Source of the DNA: Candidatus Latescibacterota bacterium
GTDB lineage: Bacteria > Latescibacterota > UBA2968 > SICM01
Assembly (NCBI GenBank): GCA_965217865.1
Contig: CBDCJO010000002.1
Span: 672,001 to 736,000 of the forward strand
Direction: 5' to 3'
DNA: 64,000 bases
The stretch's first letter is position 1. The number at the start of each line of letters is the position of its first letter. The notes beneath the pieces are model-generated. The model had not been told where the DNA came from and did no database searches. It worked only from the letters and a program-made list of their open reading frames with translations. The position numbers and the translations under genes were made by a program. Shown piece by piece: positions 20,077 to 33,653 of this stretch.

Positions 20077-20285
20077 AGCTTCAAGGAAAATCTCATACTT
20101 CTGTTCCGGGGACAAGCTCCTGCGCTTCTTGACCGGGTCACTGTTTGAGGACAGTTGCTCCATCTTTACTCCTCCTGTGAGGTCAGGGATATCCCAAAAT
20201 ATGTATCCCTTCTCAACCCTACAGGCAACCAGGATCTTGCTTCGACCTTGCCCCCGTTTTTTCGGGCGATCTCAGACAAAAGATA
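20077..20285 (-). mobile_element. Left-end fragment of an IS3-family element (orfA N-terminus)
   Basis: MEQLSSNSDPVKKRRSLSPEQKYEIFLEA after RBS aggagga. The end shares tctgagat with the IR at 43665. Confidence 0.6.
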
Positions 20286-20292
20286 GGCCGAG

Positions 20293-21600
20293 ATGTTTTT
20301 GCCCATCTTTAATGGGCTGATCCAGCGCGATCTCAATATTACGTATTTTGGATATGGATCTATCTTCCTTATTTTACTGATCATCGTGATCGCGGTCGGC
20401 CTGCTGGCCGGTAGTTATCCGGCTGCTGTACTGTCGCGCTTTCAGCCGGTGTCTGCGCTGAAAGGTGGGAAACTTATTGGAGGCCGCAGCAGGCTGACGC
20501 GCACCATCGTGATATTGCAATATACCGCGTCGATTGCGCTGATGATCTGTACGGGCGTGATGTTTGAGCAACAACACTATGTGCGCAACAAAAATCTAGG
20601 TTATGATCGGGACCAAGTCGTTGTTGTGTACGCAAAGAACAAGAAGCTTGCAGACCGTTTCAAGCATGAAATATTAAAAGATCCCCGTGTTTTAAATGCT
20701 ACGATCGCTGACCGCGCTTTTACGAGCGGCTGGAACAAGACCGGCTTAAAACTGCCCGATGGAACACGTTTCTCGGTACGCGTGCTCGGGGTTGATCCCG
20801 ACTATCTGTCCACGCTGAGAATTCCCCTGCTTGCAGGCCGCAACTTTTCCGAGGCACATCCATCAGATCGTGAACAAGCTGTGTTGATCAACGAAAGCCT
20901 GGCACAAAAACTTAAAATGGATAATCCCATAGGCCGCTTGCTGCCGGGGTTTGACTGGAACGGTTTGAACCCGATCGTTATCGGGATTATAGACGATTTT
21001 CACATCGACTCGTTGCACAAAAGTATTCAGCCGCTGGTTTTGCAGATGAAACAGTTTAACAGCGGCCCGTATCTGCTCATCCGCATTCGCCCTGAAGATG
21101 TACTCGGTACGCTAGCGTTTTTAAAAACCATCTGGCAGGATGAGGACCCCAACGGGTTATTATCCCATTGGTTTCTGGATACCGCACTTGATCGGCAATA
21201 TCGCGATGAACAACGCTGGGAGCGGGTGCTCATTTATTCGGCGCTGTTTGCGATTACGATTTCTTGCCTCGGTTTGTTGGGGCTGGCGTCTCTGGCTGTG
21301 GCACGACGAACAAAGGAAGTCGGGATACGGAAGGTGCTTGGCGCATCGGTGGGACATCTGGTAGGATTACTGTCGAGGGATTTCGTAAAGCTGTTGGTTG
21401 CGGCGAATGTGATCGCGTGGCCAGTAGCATATTGGGCAATGGACAAATGGCTGACGAATTTTGCCTACCGCATCGAGCTTAAGGTTGACGTCTTTATATT
21501 AGCTGGCATGTTAGCGATTTGCATCGCTCTGTTGGCGGTGGTTCTTCAGACACTCAAGGCTGCGCGGAGAAATCCTATAGATGTCCTTCGATATGAATGA
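20293..21600 (+). pseudogene. MacB/FtsX-type ABC transporter permease, C-terminal half only
   Basis: LAGSYPA.VLSRFQPV.ALKG, KNLGYD, GRNFS, ISCLGLLGL, RRTKEVGIRKVLGAS and NPIDVLRYE; the N-half is missing at the IS junction. Confidence 0.88.
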
Positions 21601-21804
21601 AAGACCAGACAAGGTGATGCCGCGTACCTGATTGAGGTGTTAATCACTCATACCGCAGCGCTTCCACAGGATTGACCATCGCGGCGTTGATGGTTCGAAA
21701 ACTGACGGTTATCAAGGCGATTACCACCGTTAGAAGCCCACCTAAAACAAAGGTCCACAAACTGATATTTATCCGATAGTTGAAGTCCTGCAACCACTGA
21801 TCCA

Positions 21805-22881
21805 TTGCTAAATACCCTACAGGCCAGGCCTGTCGTTGAGACCGATCTTAACGGGAATATCACTTACCTCAATCCCTTAGCAAGGGAGCGATTTCACGAT
21901 CTGGAGGAAGCCGGCCTTCAGCATCCATTGCTCGAAGGGTTCGGGTCGATCGTAAGCGAGCTTAAGGGCGATGGGGCAGAATCCATCGTTCGAGAGATTG
22001 AGATTGGAGACTCCGTTTACGACCAAAAAGTAACCTATATCTCCGAGAGCGGCAGCGTGCGTATATTCGCACATGACATCACCGAACGCAAACGGGCCGA
22101 GGAAGCCGCAGAGGCCGCCATTCGTGCAAAGAACGAATTTCTGGAGAAGGAACTCCAGATGGCCCACGATATGCAGATGGGGCTTTTGCCCACGCGGCCG
22201 ATTCGAGGTGAGCGGTTCGAGATCGCCGGCCGGTGCGTTCCGGCCAGCCACGTGGGTGGAGACTATTTCAATTACTTCTGGCTGGACGAAGCGAAGCGGT
22301 ACCTGGGGTTTGGCGTGGCCGATGTGTCGGGCAAGGCGATGTCGGCGGCGGTGCGAGCGATGCAATTGAGCGGGATCTTCCGGTATGAATTCCGGGAGGC
22401 ACGGCCGCTGCGGGAGGTGTTACAGGGCTTGCATGGCGTGCTGCAGGAGGAGCTTCCCCCGACCAGCTTTGTCACCTGCTGTCTGGGGACGCTGGACGTG
22501 CAAGAGGGGGTTGTGCAGTTGGCCAACGCCGCCCATCCCTTCCCCTATCACTACTCGGCAGCGAAGGGAGTGCTGGAGGCCTTGCAGATGCCCTCCCTGC
22601 CGCTGGGTATCCGGCTGCCGCCGGGCAGCCCGGGGGGCTTTGCGAAGGTCGAGGTCGAGATGGGGGCTGGGGATTTTCTGGTGCTCTATAGCGATGGGGT
22701 GACGGATATGCAGGACGAGACCGGGGGGTTCTACGATGCGGGGAGGTTGGAAGCCATGAACCGGAAGTGTGCGGATGTGGATGCCGAAGTGCTGGTGGAG
22801 GCCGTGTTGGAAGACCTGAACCGGTTTAGGGGGACGGAGGCGCAGAAGGACGACGTCACCCTCCTGGTGCTTCGGGCGTAG
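21805..22881 (+). CDS. PAS + SpoIIE/PP2C phosphatase (RsbU-like), probably 5'-truncated
   Basis: PVVETDLNG.ITYLNP, HDITERK, ELQMAHDMQMGLLP, VGGDYF, ADVSGK, YSDGVTD and DDVTL. Confidence 0.88.
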   Translation: MLNTLQARPVVETDLNGNITYLNPLARERFHDLEEAGLQHPLLEGFGSIVSELKGDGAESIVREIEIGDSVYDQKVTYISESGSVRIFAHDITERKRAEEAAEAAIRAKNEFLEKELQMAHDMQMGLLPTRPIRGERFEIAGRCVPASHVGGDYFNYFWLDEAKRYLGFGVADVSGKAMSAAVRAMQLSGIFRYEFREARPLREVLQGLHGVLQEELPPTSFVTCCLGTLDVQEGVVQLANAAHPFPYHYSAAKGVLEALQMPSLPLGIRLPPGSPGGFAKVEVEMGAGDFLVLYSDGVTDMQDETGGFYDAGRLEAMNRKCADVDAEVLVEAVLEDLNRFRGTEAQKDDVTLLVLRA

Positions 22882-23074
22882 CTCGAGGGGGAGCTGTCGA
22901 ATTTCTGAGTAGGGGGGAGGATCTCCAATATTTCGTGAGCTTCCCAAGATATCGGGAATCTGTTTTGTCCTTCCCAGAATCTGCAAAAGCCTTTCAGTTT
23001 ATTTAACTTCAATATATTTAACCATTTGGGATATTTCTCAAATGGTTTTTTGTTTTTGGTATAGGGCTTGCGAT

Positions 23075-23305
23075 ATGGACGGGATCGAAGTCCTGGGGAG
23101 GAGGATGGGTCTGAACGCCAAATTGCCGGTGATCATCTATTCTGCCAATGAAAGCTTCAAGGATAACTTTATGACCTGGGTGGCCGACTCCTATGTGGTC
23201 AAGAATTCGAATCTGGATGTGTTGAAGGAGGAAATCGAGCGGGTGCTGCTGGAGCGGAAGGGGGGAGGGTGCCGAATCTGGCCGGACGGTATGGGAGTCA
23301 CATAG
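23075..23305 (+). pseudogene. Response regulator receiver, C-terminal fragment
   Basis: MDGIEVL....LPVIIYSA...KDNFMTW.ADSYVVK.S.L..LKE.I; the N-terminal DD and phospho-Asp are absent. Confidence 0.7.
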
Positions 23306-23483
23306 CTGGCCGCCTAAAGGATGGGAACGATAGAGAAGGTTATCTTCCTCAATTGAGAGCTTTTTTCACTTCAGGGTTTTCCCTCAGTCAGGAATTCCGG
23401 CCTTTCCCTTGCGGCATCGCGTTTGCATCTGTATAGCAGTTCGGACGCCAACGGCAACCCCGCGCTCATCCCAACGAACGCAA

Positions 23484-23510
23484 AGACTCTGTCTAGGGGT
23501 CCTTTTTTTT
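23484..23510 (+). terminator. Intrinsic terminator-like hairpin
   Basis: gactct-gtct-aggggtc followed by a T8 run. Confidence 0.5.
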
Positions 23511-23790
23511 GGCCGGTTATTCACATCGCAGAGGATAGACCAATGCCCGGAGGCCAGCGGGACAGAAAGGTAGACAGCTCGGGCCCTGCAGGATGGGTAG
23601 GAGCGGGAAGTGCGACAGGCAGAGGGCGAACCATCCTGCAGCGTGGGGTTCCCCCTCTCGATTTCGGTTGACTTGCGGTAACGTACCGAGGTACATTTGA
23701 GTCGTAGTACATGTCTTGATTGAAGCGTCCTCCTTGGGAGGGGCTCAATGAACGCCGGGGCAAATAGCGATTGTGAATAACGGTGACCAG

Positions 23791-23818
23791 CCGCATCTGA
23801 ATAGGTGCGGTTTTTTTT
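23791..23818 (+). terminator. Intrinsic terminator
   Basis: ccgcatct-gaat-aggtgcgg followed by T8. Confidence 0.8.
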
Positions 23819-24411
23819 GGTTGTATACGAGAGAGTCGAACCGGCGGCCGTCAACTGGGCGGAAGTCATTCAGGCCCTGGTCAACGGACCCGCTGGCAGA
23901 AAGCGATAAGGAACATCGGCTATGAGGGGATTTTCGAAAACGACCGTGATGGCATTCATATTTGTGACGTTTGTTGCACCTGCCTGTTCTCAGGAGACTG
24001 TTAGGTGCCAATGCTTATGGGAAACCCATTCAGATTTTTTATTGAACTGATACAGCAGTCGGTCTGGATTCCTGTCTGGGTGCTGATTCTCATGGTTGTC
24101 AATGTTGCGAGTGTTGGATTCTGGAATGAGTCTTTGGCGAAAGTGATCTTTGCAGCCTTCATTTAAGGGCCTGTTGTTTGAGAGGAAGGTTATGGACATG
24201 GAATTTTGATATGCGGGAAATCGAAGGGTTTTCTCGAAACGAAAGGAGGTCAGGATTGAAAGCCGGATTTTCGGCAATTCTTGTTTCGCTTGGAATCCTG
24301 GTCGCACTGATGGCCCTCTCGTGAAATATTCTGGGAGGGTTCTGGTTTCCAGAATTTGAATTATCATCTAGCATCTTCGGATGCTCTGTTCACCTAAGCG
24401 TGGAGGTTTTG

Positions 24412-25045
24412 ATGTTTTCCAGGATGATGTACCGAATGAGCATGGGGGCCCTTGCCCTCCTATTTCTGGCAGGAACCGGCTATTCGGAGACCTTCCAGAT
24501 CGATCCTGTACACTCCTCGGTCGGATTCTCCGTCCGGCATATCTTCAGCCGGGTTCCGGGAACGTTCACCAATTTTTCCGGGACTGTCGTATACGATCCC
24601 GATCGCCCGGAAAAATCATCCGTTAATGCCGTCATTCAGTCCGCCAGCGTGAATACCGAAAACGGGAGGCGCGACAATCATCTCCGCAGCCCGGATTTCT
24701 TCGATGTGGAGAAATTTCCGGAGATCACCTTCACGAGCACAGCTGTGAAAATGGAAGAAGATCGGTTGATGGTCACTGGAGACCTGACGATGCACGGGGT
24801 CACCAAAAGCGTGGAGATGCCCGTGGAGGTCCTGGGTGTCGGCCCACATCCTGTGTCGAAGGCACCTGTAGCCGGGTTTGCTGCCGACCTGGAGATAAAA
24901 AGGTCGGACTTCGGCGTCAACAGCTGGACGGATCCTGCCGGGGTCGTGGGGGATGAGGTCAGGATTGTCCTGAATATCGAAGCCGCCGGGAAGGCCATGT
25001 GGAATCCGTGTAACCCCTGCAATCCCTGCGGAGGAAACAATCCGT
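24412..25045 (+). CDS. YceI-family protein with C-terminal NPC repeats, tail cut by IS3 fragment
   Basis: Signal peptide, IDPVHSSVGFSVRH, RDNHLRSPDFFDVEKFPEITF, GDLTMHGVTK, RSDFGV, then NPCNPCNPCGGNNPC. Confidence 0.9.
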
Positions 25046-25364
25046 GCACTCAGATAGGGGAAACCAGTTCACCAGTGAGCCCCTGAGAGCCGAGCTGGAC
25101 AAAAACGGCTTCCGATCCAGCATGGCAAGAAAGGGAAATTGTTATGACAATGCCGTTGTTGAATCCTTCTTTGCAAGGCTCAAGACAGAGGAAGTCGACG
25201 GAATGATCTATCCAGATCGAGAGCAAGCCGCGTTGGCGTTGTTCGAATACATCGAAGGATTTTACAACAGGATACGCAGGCACTCCTATATTAACCAGAT
25301 GAGCCCAGATGACTTCGAACAGAAATTCACTTAACTCTGTGTCTACTATACCTGGGCAATATCA
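25046..25364 (+). mobile_element. IS3-family right-end fragment (integrase C-terminus + IRR)
   Basis: HSDRG.QFTS, SMARKGNCYDNAVVESFF..LK.E and YIEGFYN..RRHS; ends gtgtctactatacctgggcaatatca. Confidence 0.88.
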
Positions 25365-25476
25365 GTTGCGCAGGGAACCCAGGGTGGCCGCCGGGGTAGA
25401 AGAACAGTCGCAGCCCGGTTCCCTGGACGACGAATTCGCTGCAGGGCAGCTCAGGATCCAGCTTGAAATTTCCACA

Positions 25477-28113
<2,637 letters not shown>

Positions 28114-28252
28114 CAGGCCGGCCAGGGATGATGCCAAGTCTGCATAATAACCAAGCCTCCCGGTTAAGAATCTGTAAGGAATTTCCATTTTGAGGCCTTG
28201 GTACCCCCTATACTCTCTTTATCTTCCCTGCTCGTATCAGGAGAGAGGAGAT

Positions 28253-28860
28253 ATGGCCGCCAAGACCACATTGGGCACGTTCTGGCATATGCCGGACGAT
28301 CTGTGGGCGTTGATCGCTCCGGTTGTAGGCCCGGGGAAAGCGGCCGGGACCGTTGGGCGTCCGCCTCGCCCTTTTCGGCAAATCTTTGACGGGATCCTGT
28401 ATGTGCTGTGCACGGGCTGCCAGTGGCACGCCCTTCCACGCAGGGTGTATGGACCCCGCCTCCACTGTGCACGCTCGTTTCACCCAGTGGGTGCGATCCG
28501 GATGTTCTACGAAGCCTGGCAACGGGTGCTGGCCTACTCCGACGGAGCCATTGGTATCGACTGGAAGTGGCAAGCCCTCGACGGGGTGATCACCAAGGCA
28601 CCCTTGGGCGGGGACGCCATCGGCCCAAACCCTGTAGACTAGGGGAAACGAGGTGCCAAACGCAGTGTGCTGACGGACCGACGGGGTGCTCCCTTGTCGA
28701 TCGTGGTGACGCCAGCAAACACGCACGGACAAGACCGTAGCCTTGAAAACCCTGGATGGCATTCGTTGAACGGCCTGCAAAGGTAATATATCGTCTGCAT
28801 CACCTGTGCCTGGACAAAGGATATGACTACGAGGTGTGATCGCCGGAGTCCTGGAGCGAG
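28253..28860 (+). pseudogene. IS5-family transposase, decayed
   Basis: DDLW.LI.P, GRP, IFDGILYVL.TGCQW.ALP, KAPLGG.AIGPNP.D*GKRG.KRSVLTD..G.PL; internal stop and frameshifts. Confidence 0.85.
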
Positions 28861-29126
28861 ATTTCATCTTGCACGGCAGAAGACGCCAACAGACACCCGC
28901 TACCATCCTCATCATCTTTCGCTTGTCCATTTCGCACCCGTGATCTATTTCCGTACAGGCTCTTACTGCAAATCCAAAATTTCGCTCAGTTTCTATTTCA
29001 GCTCGCTCCACTTCAAAATATTCCGGACCTTTTACGTCATGCGATACATGAACCGTTGCTGTGTATTCGACATCTTGATCAACTGTCTTGTCTATTGTGG
29101 ACAAAGTTATCAGAACCTTGTCTTCG

Positions 29127-29342
29127 CTATCGTATACTGCGGTGTCTAGATCGTCGTGCGTCAGCCTTTTCTTGCAGGTCGATCCATTCGTCAAGGTCCG
29201 AGGGTTTGAACCTTCATGCGCCGACTGCCTTGAAGCCTGGCAGTCTACCACGCCGGGCCAAGCGATATACCGTCTTCTCATTGACGTTCAGGTACCTTGC
29301 TACGTCCCGGACGGTCATTGCTTGGGTCGATACGTCTGCCAT
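29127..29342 (-). pseudogene. Excisionase-like HTH_17 DNA-binding protein with internal stop
   Basis: MTVRDVARYLNVNEKTVYRLARRGRLPGFKAVGA*RFKPSDLDEWI; TGA sits where the family has Trp. Confidence 0.8.
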
Positions 29343-30217
29343 GATGGAGTCCTCTTTGTAGTCGACAAATATAGCAAGGAATGACCGTTTAAACCAGTCC
29401 AAATTTGGGCAGGCCAGATACAGGGCGCGTCGGGAGAGTCCCTCTGGGGCCCTCAGGTTATGGTACCTTGAGCCTTCCATCCGGCATGGGCCGTTACTCC
29501 GGCCAGCAGCCGGATACGAGCCGGCGCCGCCTGATGTGAGTCGTCTCGACCCGTGTAGACCCAGGTGATTTCACAGGCACCGTTCGCCACAGCAGATACC
29601 GGCACGCGGTGGTGTAAAGGCTGCGGTCGCCCGAGCAGACCCCTCCAACCGGTCGATGGCGGGGGGGCCGGTCAGGGGGGCTCCAATGGAGAGCAGTTCC
29701 CCGCACACGGCGCACCAGGCGCCCGCTGTAGCGCTTTCGGGGACCGGTTGGGAGCACAGGAGACCAACCCTGGTCGGAAAGGCGCGCCTTTATGGACATG
29801 CGTCAGGGACCCGGTGTCTGAACACCACCGTGTTCATGGCGGGAACGGGCAACTCGCGCCAGCCGCGTTCCTCGCCAGGACGGCATCCGGAGGCCGGGAC
29901 CGGCAACGGGAAACGCCCGGACAGTACGTGTGTCCACATAATCGAGACCGGCGCCGCATCGTCCGCCTCAAGGCGCCGGAAGGAAGTTCCGGCCCGACCC
30001 TGGACTGCACAGTGAGCCGCCATAGGGATCCGATGCTGGCGGTGGACATGGTATTCGAACGGTCTGTTCCCCGTGAGCACGAGCCCGGTTACGGACCGAC
30101 CTTTTCCATCCATAAAGACGATGCTGTGGGGAGGCCACTTGTGGTCCAGAGGATATTCATAGACACACCTCCCATACTTACAAAGTATACTCCTTGGTGT
30201 CCACTGAACCCCGGTTC

Positions 30218-30385
30218 GAACCAGGCCGCGGCTTTTGCAAGGATCTCCCGCTCCTGTCGCAACTGACAATTCTCGCGGCGCAGTCGTCTGATCTCCTCCC
30301 GCTCCTCGATGGTCAGACCGTCACTGCGGCGGCCCTTATCCGGATCGACCTGCCGCATCCGGTTCCGGATCGCCTGGGCCGACGG
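30218..30385 (-). mobile_element. IS3-family orfA internal fragment related to 41118-41432
   Basis: SAQAIR..MRQ.D.D.G.RSDGL..EEREEIRRLRREN.QLRQEREILAKAAAWF is nearly identical to the intact copy. Confidence 0.85.
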
Positions 30386-30400
30386 ATCGCCATCCACCCC

Positions 30401-31375
30401 TTAGAAGTGGGACTTCAGGTTCACGCTGACCCCGAACATTTCGATATCGCTGGTCTTGATTCTGCCCGACACGGGTTCACTTCCGTCGCGTCGCAGATTG
30501 GGAACGTGACCCCGTAGCGGATCCCAGGCAAACCCGCCATCACTGAAGAAACCGAAGTCGACCCAGCGGCCCTTCACACCAAGAGACATCGATTCCGTCA
30601 GCGCGTAGTCAACACCAAATAGCACCTGATAGCCAACGGGCGTGTCGCTGAGTTCGGTTTCTGCGACGCTGGCGGTTCCAGCCAGATTCTGGCGGATCTC
30701 GGATGCGTTAGGTAGACCGTCGCCCGTGGCGATCTCGTTCATATCGAAGTTCCTCGCCCAGAGACCCCCATAGTCCATGTCGGTGAAACCGATCCCGCTA
30801 CCGAACCCGAGATAGGGTGTGAAGCGGCTGTTGTTGACGAAGTCGAAATACAGATTTCCGAACAAGCTATGCGCGGTGATGCTCCCGATCCAGTCCTGCG
30901 CTGTCACAATTTCTTGAACGAGCTTGTCGCCGCTCTCGCCCGATGCACTGGGGACATTGGACCTCTGATCATACGCCGCGTTCCGGTAGAAGTACTCCAA
31001 CTCCAGACGGAGCCGCCCCAGAACGTGGCCCGGGTATCTCTCCCGGAAGCCATATCCCACCGCCGCTCTGGCCAGAACGCCCCGGGCCCCGTCGAAATTG
31101 TTCGTCCAGTCTCCAGTCGACCCCCGATCCGGGCCCGTGCAGTTATAGCCCTCGTATCCTGAAATTGTCGTGACCATCGCGTACATTGGATTGATAAACT
31201 CATCGCACACGCTGGCCCGATCGTTGCTGCTTCCGGTGATATTCAGTGACGAGGCGCCCTGAACTCCCAATTCGCTGCTCAGATAAAACCCCGAGCCCGT
31301 CTGGGCCTGCGCCAGGCGCGGTACACACGCCCACGTTGCGATGACACCCATGAACAATAAAACAGTACGGTTCAT
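30401..31375 (-). CDS. Outer-membrane beta-barrel protein (opacity/P44-Msp2-like)
   Basis: Signal peptide, GFYL, RLELEY, LFGNLYFDF...SRFTPYLG.G.G, GYQVLFGVDY and terminal F; one Cys pair in a loop. Confidence 0.8.
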   Translation of the reverse strand: MNRTVLLFMGVIATWACVPRLAQAQTGSGFYLSSELGVQGASSLNITGSSNDRASVCDEFINPMYAMVTTISGYEGYNCTGPDRGSTGDWTNNFDGARGVLARAAVGYGFRERYPGHVLGRLRLELEYFYRNAAYDQRSNVPSASGESGDKLVQEIVTAQDWIGSITAHSLFGNLYFDFVNNSRFTPYLGFGSGIGFTDMDYGGLWARNFDMNEIATGDGLPNASEIRQNLAGTASVAETELSDTPVGYQVLFGVDYALTESMSLGVKGRWVDFGFFSDGGFAWDPLRGHVPNLRRDGSEPVSGRIKTSDIEMFGVSVNLKSHF

Positions 31376-31584
31376 ATGTCCTCCTCGATCCAGTATGCAT
31401 TTTCGGTGCTGGCCCCTCAACACATCGGGCTGGGAAATTGAATCGTTGTGGGGACGGCTACAGCACTACCATAGTGTAGCGCTAATTGAGGCAACAGCCC
31501 CACATATCATCCTGGAGAAGGTTGGTATTTCCATTGCATCACCTCCTATCGTTTTTAGGCTCCGTGGCTGTATCAAGTATATAA

Positions 31585-33162
31585 TTACCGAACTTTATGC
31601 CCCTCCCGGTATGGGACCATCTGTCCCGATTTCAGCCGCCCCCAGTACTCGTTCAGAGTCGCCTTGACCTGCGGACTCAGTATCACGACCCCGATAATAT
31701 TCGGGAAGGCCATGCCGAGGATCATCATATCCGAAAAGTCCAGCACATTTCTCAAGGTGGTGACCGATCCGATAAAGACGAAGCAGACAAAGATGATCCG
31801 AAAGACAAGGATGGATTTGGCCCCAAAGAGATATTCCCACGCCCGTTCCCCGTAGTAGGACCAGGAGATCATCGTTGAGTAAGCAAAGAGCATGACGGCC
31901 AGCGAAAGGACGTAGCGGGAACCGGGTATGGACGACTCGAAGGCCGCGGCCGTCATCCTGGCCCCCACGACGAAATCGCCCTGACCCTGGAACTGCGGGT
32001 CGTTATAAACACCCGTAATCATACAAACCAATGCGGTCATCAGACAGATGACGATCGTGTCAATAAAGGGGCCGATCATCGCGACCATACCTTCGCGCGC
32101 GGCCTCATTGGTCTTTGCCGCCGAATGCGCAAATGCAGCGGACCCGAGGCCGGCCTCGTTCGAGAAAGCCGCTCGCTTCACCCCCGTGACCAGAATTCCG
32201 ATGAAACCGCCATAAACCGCGGGTCCCGTGAAGGCTTCACGGACGATCGTTGCGATTATCTCCGGGACATCGGAAAGATGGGAAAGGATGATCAGGATCG
32301 CCGTGATCACGTAGGTGAGGCACATAAACGGAACGATACGGGACGTGACCCGGCCAATCCGGCGGATACCGCCGATGATCACGATGCCAACCATGACCGA
32401 GAAGCAGAGACCAAGCACCCAGTTGTAGGTCCTGAAGTCCTCGGAGATGGTGCTGAAGATCTCCACCGTCTGGTTGGCCTGGAACATGTTCCCTCCCCCC
32501 AGGGAACCCCCGATGGTGAGGAGAGCGAAGAGGACGGCCAGTGTGCGGCCGAGCGGCCGCAGCCCCTTTTCCCGGAGCCCCTGCTCCAGATAGTACATCG
32601 GACCTCCGGATATATGGCCGTCCGGGTGAACCTTGCGGTACATGACAGCCAGCGTGCAGGAAGCGAGTTTTGAAGACATCCCGAACAGGGCGGTGAGGAT
32701 CATCCAGAAGACCGCGCCGGGCCCCCCCAGACCCACGGCGATGGCCACACCTGCGATGTTGCCCAGGCCGATCGTTGCGGAAAGCGCGCTGGTGAGGGCC
32801 TGAAAATGGGAGATCTCACCCGGGTCCTTGGGGTCGTCATAGCGCCCCCGGATCACCTGGATGGAGTGCCGAAATCCCCGGATCGACATCCATCCGAAGA
32901 AGAAGGAGAAGTAGACCCCGCCCGCCACTAGGACTACAACGATCAGCGGGACACCCGTCCCGAAATCAGCAAAAAGGATGTCCGCCATAAAACTGACCGT
33001 GTGCCCGAGATGCTCGTTCAGGTTCAGGATCAGATGCTCCATCCAGCCCGGGGACCCGGTCTCCCGGGCGTCCTCCTGTGAAAGGAGGGAGATGGGAAAG
33101 ACGCACAACAGGAACAGTGCGAAAAGCAGATGGGCGACGAGAAACCGGGTGTATCGGCGCAT
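31585..33162 (-). CDS. Alanine/glycine:cation symporter (AGCS family)
   Basis: GEISHFQAL..ALSATIGLGNIAGVA, GGPGAVFWM, GGPMYYL, RAAFSNEAGLGSA and PFIDTIVIC. Confidence 0.95.
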   Translation of the reverse strand: MRRYTRFLVAHLLFALFLLCVFPISLLSQEDARETGSPGWMEHLILNLNEHLGHTVSFMADILFADFGTGVPLIVVVLVAGGVYFSFFFGWMSIRGFRHSIQVIRGRYDDPKDPGEISHFQALTSALSATIGLGNIAGVAIAVGLGGPGAVFWMILTALFGMSSKLASCTLAVMYRKVHPDGHISGGPMYYLEQGLREKGLRPLGRTLAVLFALLTIGGSLGGGNMFQANQTVEIFSTISEDFRTYNWVLGLCFSVMVGIVIIGGIRRIGRVTSRIVPFMCLTYVITAILIILSHLSDVPEIIATIVREAFTGPAVYGGFIGILVTGVKRAAFSNEAGLGSAAFAHSAAKTNEAAREGMVAMIGPFIDTIVICLMTALVCMITGVYNDPQFQGQGDFVVGARMTAAAFESSIPGSRYVLSLAVMLFAYSTMISWSYYGERAWEYLFGAKSILVFRIIFVCFVFIGSVTTLRNVLDFSDMMILGMAFPNIIGVVILSPQVKATLNEYWGRLKSGQMVPYREGHKVR

Positions 33163-33299
33163 ATCTCCAATCCCTCCAAATTAGAATTGGGAATTATGGT
33201 TCTTCACGGTTTGTATGGCCCTTCTGTTGCGCGGGATGTCCGGTGTTTGCTCGTCGGACATCCGTTCGATACTGGCGGCGATGGTTGAGTGCGTCCTCG

Positions 33300-33636
33300 A
33301 CCTTATCGAACGTCCCATCAAATTCGGATGCGGGCGGATCGTTTGCTGGGTCCCGAAGTCGCCGATGTCGATGGCAACGTCGAGGATCGGCGGGGAACGG
33401 TCTCGGCATTCAATGGACAGCCTCCGGCAATACACCTCTTCGAGACCGAGAAGGAAGAAATTAAGGCTGTCGGAACATGGTTGCAGGAACGCCGAGAGGA
33501 AGGTATGGGTGCTCGTGAGATTGGGATATTCGTGCGCTCGGCCAAGGAACTGGACCGAGCGCGCGAGGCGGTACGCGACGCCGGGTACCCTTTCCAGGTT
33601 TTGGATGAACGTGGTGAGACGGGCGCTGGCCTCTGA
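33300..33636 (+). pseudogene. Internal fragment of a UvrD/REP-type helicase
   Basis: YRTSHQIR..ADRLL.PEV.DVDGN.EDRRGTVS.FNG.PP and EIGIFVRS. Confidence 0.7.
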
Positions 33637-33653
33637 TAGTTCTTAGTGGGTTT

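Noticed and set aside
23450-23505. c-di-GMP-I riboswitch (GGCAA...ACGCAAA...GTCTA)
   Set aside because: The GNRA-capped P2 stem cannot be formed; the resemblance is superficial.
23610-23990. Group II intron starting at GTGCG
   Set aside because: No domain V/VI motif or RT ORF follows, and a terminator interrupts at 23791-23818.
29214-29216. TGA recoded as Trp or Sec in the excisionase-like gene
   Set aside because: Many intact genes end in TGA and use TGG for Trp, and no SECIS was seen; a nonsense mutation is simpler.
28208-29281. 357-aa minus-strand ORF as a single gene
   Set aside because: It runs across the antisense of the IS5 pseudogene and an off-frame of the excisionase; at most the middle part may be a gene remnant.
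29400-30200. GC-rich stretch with several overlapping ORFs
   Set aside because: No recognisable protein motif or convincing RNA structure; left unannotated.
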